Shown here: positions 27,801 through 30,820 of the stretch, in pieces | Position numbering within the stretch: position 1 is the first letter of the stretch | How the letters are laid out: every line of letters begins with the position of its first letter | IMG/VR virus record: IMGVR_UViG_3300032073_000145 | Span: 1 to 30,820 of that record | DNA length: 30,820 nucleotides | Reading direction: 5' to 3' (one strand) | From: a virus | Taxonomy: Duplodnaviria > Caudoviricetes | The notes under the pieces: model-generated | Database searches by the model: none | What the model was told of the DNA's origin: nothing | The model's input: the letters and a program-made list of their open reading frames with translations, nothing else | Made by a program: the position numbers and the translations under genes

Positions 27801-28249
27801 TGGAATATAATGATTCTGCTACAGGCACCGCTAATGAAGAATTAGCAACTAGATTAGCTAATGATAGATCTATTTGGAAAGAAAAGATAAGTAATTTAGT
27901 TTCTTTACTAAAAGATATGAATAAGTTATCGGAATGTCAAGTAATGATGTTATCTTATAGGCAGATCTTATTAGATAAAATTACTGATTTTAAAACAACT
28001 AAACAAAAAAGGCAAGCAGCATATGATAGGTATTATAAAATTAAGTACAGAGAATATTCCATTGATTATGATGTAAAATTAACAAGCGGAGAAAAGGTTG
28101 CTTTTATAAAGGCAGATTTATCTCATTTAAGAACTCAAATGGAAATGTTACAATCTCATATGGATTATTACCAGGAATGTATAAAGACCTGCGATAATCT
28201 TGCCTTTGCTATTCGTAATAGAATCAATTTAGATGATAAAGAATACTAA
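27800..28249 (+). CDS. uvsY: Recombination mediator UvsY-like protein
   Basis: 149-aa helical protein; YSIDYDVKLTSGEKVAFIKAD...IKTCDNLAFAIRNRI resembles the UvsY C-terminus; directly upstream of uvsW as in T4-like phages. Confidence 0.7.
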   Translation: MEYNDSATGTANEELATRLANDRSIWKEKISNLVSLLKDMNKLSECQVMMLSYRQILLDKITDFKTTKQKRQAAYDRYYKIKYREYSIDYDVKLTSGEKVAFIKADLSHLRTQMEMLQSHMDYYQECIKTCDNLAFAIRNRINLDDKEY

Positions 28250-29754
28250 TGGAATTATCACTCTCGGAAAATAAAAAGTTTTTAGTTATTGATGCTTGTA
28301 CAGAGTTAGAGTATGATCAACTAAAAAGTTCATTAACTAAAAAGATTGAAGGTTGGCGTTTTCATCCTTTAGTAAAAAAGAGAGTGTGGGATGGTAATGT
28401 ATCCTTTGTTAAAAGAAATAAAATACCAGCTGGTTTATGGAAAGAAATAATTGATATATGTAAAGATTATGATTTTCAATATTCTCTAAATAATATTACC
28501 AATATTTTTGATACTGAAATAAAAGAGGATGAATTTAGATTATGGGTTACTGAGATTTTTAAAAAGCATCCTGATTTTAAGCCTAGAGAATATCAAATAG
28601 ATGCAGCATTTAAAATTTTAAAATATAGAAGGTGTTTAGCTGAGCTTGCCACTTCTGCAGGTAAAACACTAATATCTTTCATGGTGGTGGCTTATCTTAT
28701 GGATCAACTGGGAAAGAAAAAGATTCTTATGATCGTTCCTAATGTAAATTTGGTATTACAGGCTACTGGTGATTTTGATGAATATAATAAATGTGGAATT
28801 CCTTTAAAGACTCAACAAATATATGCAGGGGTAAAAATAAGAAAAAGTTCTAATCTGGTTATTGGTACCTATCAATCTTTGGTTAAAAAAGACGAGGAAT
28901 ACTTTAGTCAATTTGATGCTGTTTTTGTAGATGAAACACATAAAGCAAAAGCCAATTCCATACAAAAGATTATGGATAAATGCTGGCATTGTGATTTTAG
29001 ATTTGGTTTAAGTGGTACTATTCCTAAAAGAGGAACTGTTAATAGATTAAGCTTAATGTCAGCAATGGGTCCACTGGTTACTCAAGTAAAAGCTAAACAT
29101 TTACAAGATGAAGGTTTTATAGCTAGTTGTAAAGTAATACAACTTCATATGGATTATGCAACCGATGAACAAAAAGAATCCTTTTCATTTTTATCTAAAA
29201 ATCCACATGATAGACAAAGATTATTTGGATTAGAACAAAATTTTATTAATCAAAGTGAAAAGAGATTGGATTTTGTTTGCCAAGTAATTAAAAAATCTAC
29301 ATCAAATTCATTAGTACTATTTCATAAGATAGCATACGGTGAAAAGCTATATAATAAATTAAGGCATATAACAGACAAAAAAGTTTATTATGTAGACGGT
29401 TCTGTTAATGTAGATATAAGAGAAGAATTTAAAAGCCGTATGGAAAAGAATGATGATGTTATTATTGTAGCATCTTATGGTACATTTTCTACAGGGATTT
29501 CAATTAAAAATATACACAATATCTTTTTTACCGAAAGTTTTAAGTCTGAAGTAATTATTAGACAAAGTATTGGTAGAGGATTAAGAAAGCATGCATCCAA
29601 AAGCGTAGTAAAAATCTACGATTTTATAGATGATTTTAGGTATAAGACCGAAGACCATGATTGGGTTAATTATATCTACCGCCACGGTATTGCCAGGCGA
29701 ACAATATATAAAGAAGAAAAGTTTCCATTCGAAGTTCAGAACATAAGATTCTAA
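28249..29754 (+). CDS. uvsW: SF2 DNA helicase UvsW
   Basis: PREYQ, Walker A ATSAGKT, DETH, GLSGT, ASYGTFSTGISIKNIHN, QSIGRGLR; 501 aa. Confidence 0.93.
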   Translation: MELSLSENKKFLVIDACTELEYDQLKSSLTKKIEGWRFHPLVKKRVWDGNVSFVKRNKIPAGLWKEIIDICKDYDFQYSLNNITNIFDTEIKEDEFRLWVTEIFKKHPDFKPREYQIDAAFKILKYRRCLAELATSAGKTLISFMVVAYLMDQLGKKKILMIVPNVNLVLQATGDFDEYNKCGIPLKTQQIYAGVKIRKSSNLVIGTYQSLVKKDEEYFSQFDAVFVDETHKAKANSIQKIMDKCWHCDFRFGLSGTIPKRGTVNRLSLMSAMGPLVTQVKAKHLQDEGFIASCKVIQLHMDYATDEQKESFSFLSKNPHDRQRLFGLEQNFINQSEKRLDFVCQVIKKSTSNSLVLFHKIAYGEKLYNKLRHITDKKVYYVDGSVNVDIREEFKSRMEKNDDVIIVASYGTFSTGISIKNIHNIFFTESFKSEVIIRQSIGRGLRKHASKSVVKIYDFIDDFRYKTEDHDWVNYIYRHGIARRTIYKEEKFPFEVQNIRF

Positions 29755-29781
29755 TATAGAATATCTTTTCACTAAGACATG

Positions 29782-29789
29782 GATATATA
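29782..29789 (+). promoter_or_regulatory. Late promoter candidate GATATATA
   Basis: Intergenic, 21 nt before ATG 29811. Confidence 0.5.
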
Positions 29790-29810
29790 AAAAAAATAAA
29801 AATAACTAAA

Positions 29811-30820
29811 ATGAAGTCAATCAAAAAGTTTTCTGCAATGACTGCTACGGATCAATCGATCACAGAGTCTGCAAAAGTAAGCCAAGAAGCTGTTGAGGAA
29901 TTGATCAAAAAGATTGGTTTTGACAGTATAGAAGAATTAAAGAAAGAAAAAGATCTACTTTCTAAACTCGAATCATTAGCTAAAAGTTCTGCTAAAAAAG
30001 ATGACATCTCTGAAGATGAAATTGAAGAAGATAGAGCTGAAGATATCGAAGATGAAATGAAAGCCAAAGGCAAGCCAAAATCTTTAGAAGGTACTGAAGA
30101 TAAAGAAGGTGATGAGGAAGTAGTTTTATCTGGTGAAGAAGAAGTAGAAGAAGATAGAGCTGAGGATATTGAAGATGAGGTATTATCTAAAGGTAAACCA
30201 AAATCTTTAGAAAAAGAAGAAGGTGATGTAGTCTCTGCTGATCAAGAAATTACTAAAGAAGTTCCAGCTGAAGCCGATGAGGTTGAGGATGAGGACGGCG
30301 TTGAGGTTGCTTCAGAAGAAGAAGAAACTCCAAAAGCTACACGCAGAATAATGGCTTTTGAAGATTTTATTAAAGAGAAGGAAGAAACTATCAATAAGAA
30401 TATTAAATATCATGATGATGATGAAGAACCAGAAGATTACGCTGTTCCAGTAGCGGCCTCTGCTGATCCTCTTGCTGAAGCTAAAGTTAATGAAGATGAT
30501 GAAGATAAAGGCGAAGAAGATGAAAAGAAAGGTGATGAGCTAGAAGATAAAGGTGATAAGAAAGTTGATTCTGAAGATGATAAAGAAAAAGCAGACCATT
30601 ATAAAGGAGCTGTTAAATCTGATGATAAACAAATCGATGCTTTAAAGAAAGATGTTAAGTATGATAAAGAAGAAGAGGAAGATGCTGAAAAGAATGAATC
30701 TGCTATTATGTCTTTTGATAAATTTGTAAATGAAGCTTATGATAAAGTAACTCTAGGTGGAAACAAAGGTGATAAATCTAAAACTCACGATGGAGAAGAT
30801 TATGAAGATGAAGATGAAAA
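29811..30820 (+). CDS. Highly acidic low-complexity protein, possible prohead core/scaffold or internal protein (3' truncated, at least 336 aa; absent from the ORF track)
   Basis: Manual translation from ATG 29811 (MKSIKKFSAMTATDQSITES...) has no stop before the window end; dominated by D/E/K; internal IMAFEDFIKE and IMSFDKFVNE. Confidence 0.75.
   Translation, partial: MKSIKKFSAMTATDQSITESAKVSQEAVEELIKKIGFDSIEELKKEKDLLSKLESLAKSSAKKDDISEDEIEEDRAEDIEDEMKAKGKPKSLEGTEDKEGDEEVVLSGEEEVEEDRAEDIEDEVLSKGKPKSLEKEEGDVVSADQEITKEVPAEADEVEDEDGVEVASEEEETPKATRRIMAFEDFIKEKEETINKNIKYHDDDEEPEDYAVPVAASADPLAEAKVNEDDEDKGEEDEKKGDELEDKGDKKVDSEDDKEKADHYKGAVKSDDKQIDALKKDVKYDKEEEEDAEKNESAIMSFDKFVNEAYDKVTLGGNKGDKSKTHDGEDYEDEDE
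30024..30212 (+). repeat. Two diverged 66-bp direct repeats (EEDRAEDIEDExxxKGKPKSLE), period 123 bp
   Basis: Copies at 30024-30089 and 30147-30212. Confidence 0.85.

Noticed and set aside
29744-29770. Imperfect hairpin ATTCTA-ATA-TAGAAT followed by a short T run after uvsW, as an intrinsic terminator
   Set aside because: Stem is almost all A-T and the T tract is short; too weak to call.
2791-30073. Minus-strand ORFs in the track (62-119 aa)
   Set aside because: All lie opposite long + strand genes and show no recognisable motifs; typical shadow ORFs.
1-30820. tRNA or rRNA genes, introns; bacterial contractile injection system instead of phage
   Set aside because: Intergenic gaps are short with no cloverleaf seen, genes appear uninterrupted, and the linked gp32/gp61/UvsY/UvsW genes indicate a true T4-like phage.

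Overview
AT-rich, densely coding segment of a large T4-like (myovirus/jumbo-type) dsDNA phage; every credible gene is on the + strand. About 1-24,000 is a tail/baseplate module: gp6-like wedge, gp7/gpI-like wedge with PKD-like domains and an inserted metallopeptidase-like domain, several giant structural proteins, two fibre proteins with a shared anchor, a spanin-like membrane protein and a gp3-like tail terminator. About 24,400-29,750 is a recombination/replication module: RuvC-like resolvase, GroES, gp32 SSB, gp61 primase, UvsY, UvsW. A very acidic ORF runs off the right end. A-rich leaders without Shine-Dalgarno sites suggest a Bacteroidota host (inference). Best leads: (1) a 118-aa ORF built as T4-type capsid-targeting sequence + acidic propeptide + protease site + cationic glycine-zipper peptide, possibly a head-packaged, maturation-activated membrane-active peptide; (2) two outward-facing copies of a 31-bp TGAAAC-N18-TATAAT element flanking groES, one pointing antisense into ruvC; (3) a structured SSB leader with AGGCA repeats; (4) a possible single-chain spanin ending in a beta-hairpin. 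All functional calls come from motif recognition by eye; no database searches were run.
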